DNA of 63,203 nt, the filler included. It is 5 parts of 5 records of this genome, joined end to end, with 100 filler letters (N's around TTAATTAATTAA, not from the genome) between each part and the next. Parts side by side here need not be neighbours in the genome. Positions count along the whole stretch, not along the records: positions 21,990 to 43,978 come from SRR20825019_1279; 4 more parts are not named here. The stretch is one strand, 5' to 3'. The position numbers and the translations under genes are program-made. The notes beneath the pieces are model-generated. The model searched no databases. It was not told the origin of the DNA and saw nothing but the letters and a program-made list of their open reading frames with translations. Below are positions 31,482-41,338 of this stretch, in pieces; within the stretch, counting starts at the first letter, position 1, and each line of letters begins with the position of its first letter.

Positions 31482-32519
31482 ATGGATAAAATCAAATTTC
31501 AAAACTTATATAATAAATATAAGAATATATTTCAAATTGTTATTGGTATTTTTGTTATATATTTATTATATAGTATGTATTCATGGGTTAATACTGAGCA
31601 AACTGATAATGCAGTAGTAGAAGCAGATATTGTAAATTTATCTCCTGAAGTTCATGGTACAATTACAGATATAAAATTTGAAGATTACGACTATTTAAGT
31701 AAAGGAGAAGTAATAGGGCATATTGATAAAAGAAAATATACTTATAAAAAGGAGCTGGCATTATCTACATTAAAGGAAGCAGAAAATAAATTAGAATTAT
31801 GTGATATTGAAATTAATAATGCTGAGCTTAATATTTCTATTTTATTAAAAACAAGAGATTATACAAAATCAGTTTTTGATAAAGCAAATAAAGAACTAAA
31901 AAGAAATACAGAGCTTAAAAAAGATAATTTTAGTAGCCAAAAAATACTTGATGAAGTAAATACAAGTTATCATAAAGCGAGTTTTGAAAATAATAAAAAC
32001 CAACTTGAGATAGAGCAAGCAAAGCAAAAATTTGAGATGGCTAAAAAGAATAAAATAATAGCAGAACTTGAAGTTGATAAGGCTAGAAATCAATTATTAA
32101 TTGCAGAACATGATCTTGAAAAAACAGATATTAGAGCTCCAATATCAGGTGTTATTGCTAGTAGTGATGTAAGGGAGGGAAATTTTGTAAGACCAGGTAT
32201 TCCAATAGCTAAAATGATACCAAAAAAACTCTACATTAAGGCAAACTTCAAAGAAACTCAAATTGTTAAGTTTAAAAAAGGTAAGGAAGTAAAAATATAT
32301 TTTGATGTATACCCAAGTAAAAAAGTTATTGGTAAAATTAGAAGATTATCACCAGCTACTGGATCTAAATATAGTATAATACCACCAGATAATGCTACAG
32401 GCAATTTTGTTAAAGTGGTGCAGAGGGTTCCTGTTATTATAGACTTTAATATCTCTAGTGATTTAGAAAATAAAATAGTGCCAGGCATGTCATGTAAAGT
32501 ATATGTAGGTCCTAATTAA
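31482..32519 (+). CDS. emrA: EmrA/HlyD family membrane fusion protein
   Basis: TDNAVV, ANFKETQ and PPDNATGNFVKVVQRVPV motifs. Confidence 0.9.
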   Translation: MDKIKFQNLYNKYKNIFQIVIGIFVIYLLYSMYSWVNTEQTDNAVVEADIVNLSPEVHGTITDIKFEDYDYLSKGEVIGHIDKRKYTYKKELALSTLKEAENKLELCDIEINNAELNISILLKTRDYTKSVFDKANKELKRNTELKKDNFSSQKILDEVNTSYHKASFENNKNQLEIEQAKQKFEMAKKNKIIAELEVDKARNQLLIAEHDLEKTDIRAPISGVIASSDVREGNFVRPGIPIAKMIPKKLYIKANFKETQIVKFKKGKEVKIYFDVYPSKKVIGKIRRLSPATGSKYSIIPPDNATGNFVKVVQRVPVIIDFNISSDLENKIVPGMSCKVYVGPN

Positions 32520-32528
32520 TAATAATAG

Positions 32529-34049
32529 ATGGACAGGAATTCTTCTTCTCATAACCTAACAAAAACTCAATTACTTGCTTTTTTTGCAATGGTTGTTGGG
32601 ATGTTTATGGCTATTCTTGATATTCAAATTGTAGCTAGTTCTCTATCTGTAATTGGAGCTGGTCTATCTGCTACTGTTGATGAATTATCATGGATACAAA
32701 CATCTTATCTTATTGCAGAAGTAGTAGTGATACCAGTTTCTGGATATTTATCGAGAGCTTTATCAACTAGAATTGCATTTTTTGTATCAGCTGTTGGTTT
32801 TACTATAATGAGCGCCTTATGCGCATGTTCTTGGAATATAAGTTCTATGATTATTTTTAGAACTTTTCAAGGTGCGTTTGGAGGTATGTTAATTCCTTTA
32901 ACATTTACAACAAGTTTTTTAATTTTTCCTTCAACTATGAGAGGAACCGTTTCTATGTTTATAGGTCTTGTTGTGACAGTGGCTCCAACACTTGGTCCTA
33001 TTATAGGCGGATATATAACTCAAGTAATTTCTTGGGAATTTATGTTTTTAATTAATATAATTCCTGGTTTTTTTGTTTGCGCTATTTCATATTTATATAT
33101 TGATTATGATAAGCCTAATTATTCTTTGTTTAAGAATTTTGATTTTCTTGGTGTAGTTTATATGGTACTTGCTCTTGGCTGCCTTGAATATGTTCTTGAA
33201 GAAGGTAATAAAAAAGATTGGCTGGATAGTAATATAATTATCTTACTATCTATTGTGACTATATCTTCATTTGCATTATTTATCCATAGGTCATTTACCA
33301 TTGAAAATCCTATCGTGAATTTAAGAGCATTTAGAAATGGAAATTTTAGGGTAGGTTGTATTTACTCATTTATACTTGGTGTTGGATTATTTGGAGCTGT
33401 ATATTTAATGCCTTTATTCTTATATAGGGTTGCTGGTATGAATACTCTTCAAATTGGTCTTGTTATGGTTATAAATGGAATTGCACAATTTTTTTCAGCG
33501 CCAATTGCTGGAAGGTTATATGATCTTGGATTTAATAAAAGATTAATGCTTTTAATTGGTTTTGTATTTTTTGGACTTGGCTGTTATACAGATAGTAATT
33601 TAACTCAAGATTCTAAATTCTGGGAGTTTTTTATTCCTCAGATTTTAAGGGGAGCATCGTTAATGTTTTGTTTTATACCAATTAATGACATAACGCTCGG
33701 AACTTTACCTAAAGATGAAGTACCTAATGCTAGTAGTTTATATAATTTAATGAGAAATATAGGTGGAGCTGTTGGACTTGCTCTTATTAATACAAATATA
33801 ACTAGAAATGCTAAAATTTATTATAGTTATTTATCTGAAAATATTACTATTAACTCATTATCTGAAATGGGTAATTATCCTAGTTTTAGTATGTTTGGAG
33901 AGTTAGGAACTAAAATGATGCTTGTACAATCTGTTGAAGCAAGTAGTTTTATTATAGCTATTAACAACATATTTATATATTTATCATTATTATTTGCTTT
34001 TTGTGTTTTACTAATACCTTTTGTTCAAGATGTTAAAAATAAAGCCTAA
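32529..34049 (+). CDS. emrB: DHA2 family MFS efflux permease
   Basis: GMFMAILDIQIVASSL, WIQTSYLIAE, APTLGPIIGG and NLMRNIGGA motifs. Confidence 0.92.
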   Translation: MDRNSSSHNLTKTQLLAFFAMVVGMFMAILDIQIVASSLSVIGAGLSATVDELSWIQTSYLIAEVVVIPVSGYLSRALSTRIAFFVSAVGFTIMSALCACSWNISSMIIFRTFQGAFGGMLIPLTFTTSFLIFPSTMRGTVSMFIGLVVTVAPTLGPIIGGYITQVISWEFMFLINIIPGFFVCAISYLYIDYDKPNYSLFKNFDFLGVVYMVLALGCLEYVLEEGNKKDWLDSNIIILLSIVTISSFALFIHRSFTIENPIVNLRAFRNGNFRVGCIYSFILGVGLFGAVYLMPLFLYRVAGMNTLQIGLVMVINGIAQFFSAPIAGRLYDLGFNKRLMLLIGFVFFGLGCYTDSNLTQDSKFWEFFIPQILRGASLMFCFIPINDITLGTLPKDEVPNASSLYNLMRNIGGAVGLALINTNITRNAKIYYSYLSENITINSLSEMGNYPSFSMFGELGTKMMLVQSVEASSFIIAINNIFIYLSLLFAFCVLLIPFVQDVKNKA

Positions 34050-34515
34050 TTTTATTCCAATATTAATATTTATTATTGTAATTATTTCTATTTTTGTAGG
34101 ATTACTGGGCATTTCTTATATTATTCATGCTCCTATTACATTTATTATAGCATTTCTATTTACTATGGTATTGTCTTATAAATATAATCTTTACCCAAAT
34201 AAAAATAGAATAAATCTAAAATTATTTATGTATATTGGATGGCTATTAAAGGAGATCTTTTATTCATCTATTTATGTGATTAAAAATGCATGGTCAAGAA
34301 AAATTAATTTAAATCCTCATATTGGTTTTATAAAGTTAAAATCTAAAGATATACATAAGCACTATATTTATGCAAATTCAATTACTTTAACTCCAGGTAC
34401 AGTTACTATTTATATTACAAGTAAATATTTACTTGTTCATGCGATAGATAAAAAATTATTTGATGATTTACAAGAGGGATATATGGAGAGTAAAGTTAAT
34501 CGATTAATTAGTTGA
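34030..34515 (+). CDS. mnhE: Na+/H+ antiporter subunit E
   Basis: YANSITLTPGTVT and LLVHAID motifs. Confidence 0.88.
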   Translation: MLKIKPNFIPILIFIIVIISIFVGLLGISYIIHAPITFIIAFLFTMVLSYKYNLYPNKNRINLKLFMYIGWLLKEIFYSSIYVIKNAWSRKINLNPHIGFIKLKSKDIHKHYIYANSITLTPGTVTIYITSKYLLVHAIDKKLFDDLQEGYMESKVNRLIS

Positions 34516-34595
34516 AATATTAATTTTTAAAATATTTATTTCATATTTATTATTATATTTTTTTTATAAAATTTCTAACTTAATATCTAAAATTT

Positions 34596-34910
34596 ATGGC
34601 GTTTTTAAATATATTAATTATATCAATTTTTACAATTTTAATAATTATATCAATAATAAGTTTGATTATATTTAAGGGATCAGTTAACAAATTATTATTT
34701 ATAAATTTTCTTAGTGGGGTTATAGTTATATTTATGGCTTTTTTATCAACTTATAAATATTATAATTATTATATAGATATAGCTATTATATATGTAGTTT
34801 TAAGTTTTATATCTGCTGGGTTATATTTTAAATATTGCTTGTATAGGATGCCAGAAGCTAATAAAAAAGATTTAGAAAATAAGCTTGAGCAAGGAAGATA
34901 TGAAAATTAA
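34596..34910 (+). CDS. mnhF: Na+/H+ antiporter subunit F-like membrane protein
   Basis: Three TM helices, YIDIAIIYVVLSFIS motif, follows mnhE. Confidence 0.7.
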   Translation: MAFLNILIISIFTILIIISIISLIIFKGSVNKLLFINFLSGVIVIFMAFLSTYKYYNYYIDIAIIYVVLSFISAGLYFKYCLYRMPEANKKDLENKLEQGRYEN

Positions 34911-35005
34911 AGTTAAATAATAAAATTTAATATTAAAAATATAAAATAAATATTAAATATTTATTGGGTCAAGTTACTTATAAATAATTATTAAAAATAA
35001 ATAGA

Positions 35006-36232
35006 ATGAGTGAAGATAGTAAAAATATTATGATTAAATGCCCTTTAATATTAGGGGGTGGTTTTACTGGTATGATTACAGCTCTTGCTTTTTCATATTA
35101 TGGGATCAAGTCATATATTTTAGATAAAAATCCAATAAATATTAAAAATGATAAAAATCAGGATATAAAAAAAGATAAAATTACGAATGATCCTACAAAT
35201 GATCCTAGAACTACAGCTCTTTCTAATAATACTATAAGTTTTTTTAAACAAATTAATATTTGGGATAATATCAAGGTTAAAACTTGTAATATTAAAGATA
35301 TATATGTAGTTGATAACAGGTCGCATAATATGCTAAATTTACCATCAAGTTTATCAAATCAGAATATTGGAGTAATGATTCCAAATTCAGAATTTAAAAA
35401 AATTTTGCAAGAATTGGCAATTAATAATAAGAATATTAATATCATTGATAATTCTGAATATAATCAAGTAGTTTCAAACATTAATAATACTATTATAAAT
35501 CTAAATGATGGGAGAAATATTAATTCAGAATTAACTATTATATGTGATGGTAAAAACTCAAAAATAAGAAAAGATTATTTTAAAACATTTTTTAGTCATG
35601 ATTATAATCAAACTGCTATGATATTTAATATATCTCATACAAATAATCATGATGGATCTGCTATTGAGCATTTTTTACCAAGCGGGGTTTTTGCATGCTT
35701 GCCGCTAAAGAATCCATATCAGTCATCAATAGTTTGGGCTTGTGATACTGAAGATTATGGCAATTATAGTAAGATGGATAATACTGAATTAAAGCAGCAT
35801 CTTTTATATAGGCTTGGAGATTCTTATGGTGATATTGAAATCATTACTAAAAGATACAATTATCCCTTATCTGCAAATCTTTCAAATGAGTATTATTATA
35901 ATAAATTGGTTTTAGTAGGAGATTCTGCACATGTTATTCACCCACTAGCAGGGCAGGGATTAAATCAGGGAATAAAGGATATTAAGCATTTGATAGATTT
36001 ATATGTAAGAAGGTATAATCTTGGCTTAAAGATTAGTAAACAAAATTTAAATGACTATCAAGAAGAGAGATTTATTGATAATTTAAAAATGTTTTTAGTA
36101 ACTCATAGTTTAGATAAAATTTTTTGTAACAATATTCCAATTTTAAGAACTATTAGGAAATTTGGCTTAGGAATAATTAATTCATCAAAATTATTAAAAA
36201 AATCAATATTAAATCCTAAAATGTTTTTATAA
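35006..36232 (+). CDS. UbiH/UbiF/VisC family FAD-dependent ubiquinone hydroxylase
   Basis: ILGGGFTG, DPRTTAL, CDGKNS and GDSAHVIHPLAGQGLNQG motifs. Confidence 0.92.
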   Translation: MSEDSKNIMIKCPLILGGGFTGMITALAFSYYGIKSYILDKNPINIKNDKNQDIKKDKITNDPTNDPRTTALSNNTISFFKQINIWDNIKVKTCNIKDIYVVDNRSHNMLNLPSSLSNQNIGVMIPNSEFKKILQELAINNKNINIIDNSEYNQVVSNINNTIINLNDGRNINSELTIICDGKNSKIRKDYFKTFFSHDYNQTAMIFNISHTNNHDGSAIEHFLPSGVFACLPLKNPYQSSIVWACDTEDYGNYSKMDNTELKQHLLYRLGDSYGDIEIITKRYNYPLSANLSNEYYYNKLVLVGDSAHVIHPLAGQGLNQGIKDIKHLIDLYVRRYNLGLKISKQNLNDYQEERFIDNLKMFLVTHSLDKIFCNNIPILRTIRKFGLGIINSSKLLKKSILNPKMFL

Positions 36233-36307
36233 TTATTATTTAAGATATACATTATAGTATGCTATTAAATATATAAATATAAAATAATTAAGTTTAAACT
36301 AACTTAG

Positions 36308-38410
36308 TTATTTTAATTCATGTTTTTTAAAATCTTCACTTTCAAAAAGTTTGATAAAGTTATCTATATTATCTATTTTAAATTTTTCATAAATATAGTT
36401 TTTTATAATATCAATATTTTTTTGGTTGTATTTTTTATTAGTTTTTAGATTATTTTTTAGTTCTTTATTGTTAATAAATTTCACAATATTTTTTGCAGTT
36501 TTAATTGAAAGAGATTTTTCTTTAATTTGAATTGACCATTTTCCAGTATTTTCATTTTGAATAAATAATATGGCTCTAATTATAATAGTATCAAAATTAT
36601 AATGTTCTTTATGTACCTGGATTTTTAAAATTGGCTCTTTTAAATATTGTTTTTCAATTATTTGCCACAAAGCGTTTTCAATTATTATATTTTCTTCTCC
36701 AGTTATATTATTTATTTTTTTATATTCATGAATTATCACTGGATAATTATTATGTTTATATAGTTCAGATGGATAAAATATATTATCTGACCTTCCCCAG
36801 TATTTTACACCAACTTTTTTTTCAAATAACACTTCATAAATGGCGCTTTTATGGGCAAGAGCATAGGCTTCTATGATCCCTCCTATAACAGAGTTAAAAT
36901 ATGATTCATTTTTAGTGCCTTCTTTAACTTTTTGCACTAAACTTGATAATATTTTTGAAAACTCTTTTTCTTGAGATAAATTTAAATTAAGCTCTCTTCC
37001 ATAATCTTCTAAACTATAATTATTACCTAATATGTCCTTAATTGTATTCTTTGCCCATATAGGAATTATATCTTTTCTAACATTAATATATACTTCTAAA
37101 TTAGGGATTCTTACTGAATTTCCAACAATATTTAGATATCCATGTTGAACTAATAAGTAAAGTATAAATTCTTCTCTACCCTCTATATTATCAATGTTGC
37201 TAATAAGATCATAATTTTCGTCAGGTATATCTACCTTTATGTCATTATCTCCTCTTGATATTTTATTTAATTCTTCAATAAATTTTTTGCTAGTGCCCAA
37301 TTTATTGATATTATTTAAAATAGTAGGTATTCCTGTTTTGCTAAAGTAAGCTTTTGGTTTAAAAAAACTATTATAACGTGATAGTTCACTAATATATTTT
37401 ATTACAGACCATACGTTAAATTTACTATATTGATTTTTTTTCATATCTTTAAGGGCATAACCATCATACCATTCTTTCATACTTGAAAAAACTTTTTCAT
37501 GGTATTTTACATCCAGATTCTGTTTTATTAGTAATTTTACATCTTCTTCAGACAAGCCAAAGCTTTCTGAGAATACCAAATTTTGAATATTAAAAACTTC
37601 AAGGTTATTAAATCCTGAATCACTTTCTCTTGATGTAACATCTGTTACTCCTGTAATTAAGGTCTTATATATATTATGATTACTTTTACCGCATCTTGAC
37701 ATAAGGTTTTTTATAAAAGAAGTCAATTCAGTTATATCATTACTCTTTTTATTATTGTCATTTAGAGTTAAGAAATGGCTAGCTGGTTTATCATGTTCGT
37801 CAACCAGTAACCATACCTTCTTCTTGAAATGCTGATACAATAATTGTGATAAAAATGATAAACTATCTTTTATATATTCATTATTTACTTCTTTTTTAAT
37901 ATATTTTATGAATAACTCTTTATCATAGTCTCTTATATGATCACTCTTTAAAAGGTAGCTAAAACTTTTAAATAGTCTAATAATATTTAGTTTTATTGAT
38001 TCTATAGCTTCATTTATATTATTCCCCATACAATCTTTGAAAGAAAATAAAATAACAGGAGAGTTACCCTGTTCGTGCATATAATTTCCTTCTATTTTTG
38101 CTATTTTAAGTTTGTCTAAATTCTTTTTACCTCCTCTTCCTGTTTCAATTACTCCTCCCTCAAATAAAATTCTATAAGGGTTAGTTTTTAACCTATCTCC
38201 ATTTTCATCTACCTCAATACTTAAAAACTTCTTAAGCATATCTAAATTCATACTTTTACCCCATCTCCTTGGACGTGTGATTAACATAGCTTTATAATCT
38301 GAGTCTATCATTTCTTTAATAAATAATGTCTTATCAACCTTAATGTCACTTTCGGCGATTAACTCATAAAAATCATTAGATTCTATGTATTGTTTTATCA
38401 TACAAATCAA
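36308..38410 (-). CDS. AAA-ATPase-like protein with C-terminal PD-(D/E)XK nuclease-like domain
   Basis: VDKTLFI, Walker A ITRPRRWGKS, Walker B LLVDEHDKP, SGFNN, WYDGY, IPNLEV. C-terminal NESYF...GRSD...IIHEYK. Confidence 0.85.
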   Translation of the reverse strand: MICMIKQYIESNDFYELIAESDIKVDKTLFIKEMIDSDYKAMLITRPRRWGKSMNLDMLKKFLSIEVDENGDRLKTNPYRILFEGGVIETGRGGKKNLDKLKIAKIEGNYMHEQGNSPVILFSFKDCMGNNINEAIESIKLNIIRLFKSFSYLLKSDHIRDYDKELFIKYIKKEVNNEYIKDSLSFLSQLLYQHFKKKVWLLVDEHDKPASHFLTLNDNNKKSNDITELTSFIKNLMSRCGKSNHNIYKTLITGVTDVTSRESDSGFNNLEVFNIQNLVFSESFGLSEEDVKLLIKQNLDVKYHEKVFSSMKEWYDGYALKDMKKNQYSKFNVWSVIKYISELSRYNSFFKPKAYFSKTGIPTILNNINKLGTSKKFIEELNKISRGDNDIKVDIPDENYDLISNIDNIEGREEFILYLLVQHGYLNIVGNSVRIPNLEVYINVRKDIIPIWAKNTIKDILGNNYSLEDYGRELNLNLSQEKEFSKILSSLVQKVKEGTKNESYFNSVIGGIIEAYALAHKSAIYEVLFEKKVGVKYWGRSDNIFYPSELYKHNNYPVIIHEYKKINNITGEENIIIENALWQIIEKQYLKEPILKIQVHKEHYNFDTIIIRAILFIQNENTGKWSIQIKEKSLSIKTAKNIVKFINNKELKNNLKTNKKYNQKNIDIIKNYIYEKFKIDNIDNFIKLFESEDFKKHELK

Positions 38411-38780
38411 AATACAAAATATTTGTTATAAATAAAATTAATTATAATAAATACTAATTTCAAAATATCTATAAATATGTTTTTAGTTTTATAAGATTTT
38501 TCATATTTTATTTAAAAACCCTTGTTGTGTTAAAGATTGTAATATAATGTAGTATAAGTTTGAGGCTAATTAGAGAAAATTTTCTGCCTATTAATAAGTA
38601 TTTATTTTTGACTTTGGGTTTTAATATTTTGTTATATATGTAATAAAAGTAAAAATATCTATATAATAAAATATGTTCTTAAATTTAGTAAAATATAAAT
38701 TTTAATTTGATAATTAATCTAATAATTTATTTAAAAATTACTTTTTAGTATAAAAACCCATATTAAAGAATATACAGAAT

Positions 38781-39629
38781 TTAAATAAATTCATAATTTT
38801 GTGAATTTGAGAAAATTTTTCTTAAAATCATATTATTTTGATAATGGCCTGTTTTATTACAGATAAATTTTCCATGAAGTACATTTGATCCAAGTAAAAA
38901 ATCACCTATTGCATCTAACACTTTGTGTCTTACTAACTCATTATCATATCTTAATCCTTCTTTATTTATAACTTTACCAGAATCATCAAGAGCAATAGCA
39001 TTTTTTATTGAAGCACCTTTTGCAAGACCTTTATTTTTAAGATAATCAAGACTAGAAGCAAACCCAAAAGTTCTAGCTTTAGAAATATCTTCTTTAAATA
39101 CATCATTTTGATTGAAAGAATATTTTTGTTCACCAATAGAAGGAGCTTTAAAATCAATTCTCATATCAATTTCAAATTTATCATTTGGAATTACATGTAT
39201 TTCAGTGTCTTTATCTATAAATGAAATTTCTTTTTTAATTTTTAGAATTTTACATAAAGATTTTTGATCTGTAGTGCCTGCTTTTTCAATATGTTGCATA
39301 AATTCAATGCTGCTTCCATCCATTATAGGTATTTCTGGTCCATCTACTTCAATTATTAAATTACATATACCAAGACCCCATAAAGCTGCCATTAAGTGTT
39401 CAATAGTAGATATTTTAATATTATTTTGACTTGATATAACTGTACCTAGTTCGGTTTCTATAACATTGTTATAAAGGGCTTTTATTACATTATTTACTTT
39501 TACATCGGATCTTACAAAAATTATCCCTGTATTGAATTTAGCCGGTCTTAAGGTAAGATTAATTTCTCTTCCCGAATGAATTCCTATACCTTTAAAACTT
39601 ATAGGATTTATTATAGATTTTTGATACAA
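38781..39629 (-). CDS. lpxC: UDP-3-O-acyl-N-acetylglucosamine deacetylase
   Basis: GIGIHSG, STIEHLMAAL, PIMDGSS, ARTFGF and RHKVLDAIGD motifs. Confidence 0.96.
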   Translation of the reverse strand: MYQKSIINPISFKGIGIHSGREINLTLRPAKFNTGIIFVRSDVKVNNVIKALYNNVIETELGTVISSQNNIKISTIEHLMAALWGLGICNLIIEVDGPEIPIMDGSSIEFMQHIEKAGTTDQKSLCKILKIKKEISFIDKDTEIHVIPNDKFEIDMRIDFKAPSIGEQKYSFNQNDVFKEDISKARTFGFASSLDYLKNKGLAKGASIKNAIALDDSGKVINKEGLRYDNELVRHKVLDAIGDFLLGSNVLHGKFICNKTGHYQNNMILRKIFSNSQNYEFI

Positions 39630-39775
39630 TTTTTTAAATGTGAATATGTTAAAACGTGAATTATACGAACAAAAATATAAATAATAATTATTGTATGTAA
39701 AGTCAAAATTATACTTAAAGATCCTATTTATTTCTAAGTAGTGTGTTAATATAGATATTTAATTTAAACATGAAT

Positions 39776-40117
39776 TTAGGTTGCAAAAGAATTCCCGCAT
39801 CCACATTTAAACTTTGCATTAGGATTTGTAATTTGAAAATAAGATGCACCAAGTTCTTCAACATAATCTAAAATTGAATTATTGATAAATTCTATTGATA
39901 GAGAATCAATTAAAACTTCTTCTTTATGGCTTTTTATTATTAAATCAAATTCATGCTTGTCTTCTGTTAAGTCAAAATTATACATAAGACCAGAGCAACC
40001 TCCAGCATCAACAGATATTTTAAATTTTAAGCTTGGGTTGTTTTCAAGTTTTTTTAGCTCAATTATTCTGTTAATTGCATTTTTTGTAATTTCAAAATTA
40101 AAGTCTTTTTTATTCAT
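39776..40117 (-). CDS. erpA: Fe-S cluster insertion protein (HesB/IscA/ErpA family)
   Basis: AGGCSGL and NPNAKFKCGCGNSF motifs. Divergent from dgt-argS, the usual alphaproteobacterial arrangement. Confidence 0.88.
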   Translation of the reverse strand: MNKKDFNFEITKNAINRIIELKKLENNPSLKFKISVDAGGCSGLMYNFDLTEDKHEFDLIIKSHKEEVLIDSLSIEFINNSILDYVEELGASYFQITNPNAKFKCGCGNSFAT

Positions 40118-40189
40118 AATTAAATAAATTTGCATATATGATATTACATATATATTATTCCTAAGCTGTTAATACAAGTATTAAATATA

Positions 40190-41338
40190 ATGATTGCAAG
40201 ATATGGTAGTAATCCGTCTCTAAGTATGGGAAGACTTTATAAGGAAGAACCTGATTTAATTAGAAATGATTACCAAAGAGATAGAGATAGAATTATTAAT
40301 TCAAATGCCTTTAGAAGGCTTGAATATAAAACTCAAGTTTTTATAAATCATGAGGGTGACCACTATAGAAATAGGCTTACTCACTCTATAGAAGTGGCTG
40401 TAATTTCTAGATCTTTAGCTCAGCATTTAAATTTAAGTGAAGAATTATCAGAGGCAATTGCTCTTGCGCATGATTTAGGTCATACACCATTTGGTCATGC
40501 GGGTGAGGATGCTTTAAATTTAATGATGAAAAATTACGGAGGTTTTTCTCATAATATTCAAGTTGTTAAAATACTTACAAATCTAGAAAAAAGATATTCA
40601 GCATTTAATGGGTTAAATTTAACTTGGGAAGTACTTGAAGGTATAGTAAAACATAATGGACCAATAAAAGGTAAGCTTCATGATGTACTATTAGAATACA
40701 ATAAAAAAAGTAATCTTAAACTTGATTTATATCCATCTCTTGAAGCACAGTTATCTTCATTATCGGATGATATAGCTTACGCTGTTCATGATTTAGAGGA
40801 TGGTGTTCGATCATCGATTTTATCAATAGAAGAATTATTTGAAATAGATTTTATAGAAAAATTTTATAATGATGTAGTAAATAATGTAAAAGGCTCAAGT
40901 CCTAGTATATTAATTTTTGAGATAGGTAGAAAAATTAATAATTTATTAATAAATGACTTAATTAGTAATTCAAAATTAAATATTAAGAATTCAGCTATTG
41001 AAACTTGTGATGATGTTAGAAATTATCATAGTGACATTATAGCTTTTTCTGATGAAATTAAGCATTTTTTATTAAAATTAAAGCAATTATTAATGGAGAG
41101 AGTATATAAAAATCACAAAGTTGTAAGAATTAACTTAAAGTGCCAAAGAATAATTAGGGAATTATTTGATTTATATATGAATAGTCCAGGTCTTTTACCA
41201 GATAATTGGTCAAAGCTTGCCTATAAAAATGAAACTCATCTAGCTGAGATAGTTTCTAATTATATATCGGGAATGACAGATAGATATGCTATTAAAGAAT
41301 ATCAATCATTTTTTAATATTAATTTGGGTAATATGTAA
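40190..41338 (+). CDS. dgt: Deoxyguanosinetriphosphate triphosphohydrolase
   Basis: YQRDRDRI, FRRLEYKTQVF, RLTHSIEV, AHDLGHTPFGH and ISGMTDRYA motifs. Confidence 0.96.
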   Translation: MIARYGSNPSLSMGRLYKEEPDLIRNDYQRDRDRIINSNAFRRLEYKTQVFINHEGDHYRNRLTHSIEVAVISRSLAQHLNLSEELSEAIALAHDLGHTPFGHAGEDALNLMMKNYGGFSHNIQVVKILTNLEKRYSAFNGLNLTWEVLEGIVKHNGPIKGKLHDVLLEYNKKSNLKLDLYPSLEAQLSSLSDDIAYAVHDLEDGVRSSILSIEELFEIDFIEKFYNDVVNNVKGSSPSILIFEIGRKINNLLINDLISNSKLNIKNSAIETCDDVRNYHSDIIAFSDEIKHFLLKLKQLLMERVYKNHKVVRINLKCQRIIRELFDLYMNSPGLLPDNWSKLAYKNETHLAEIVSNYISGMTDRYAIKEYQSFFNINLGNM

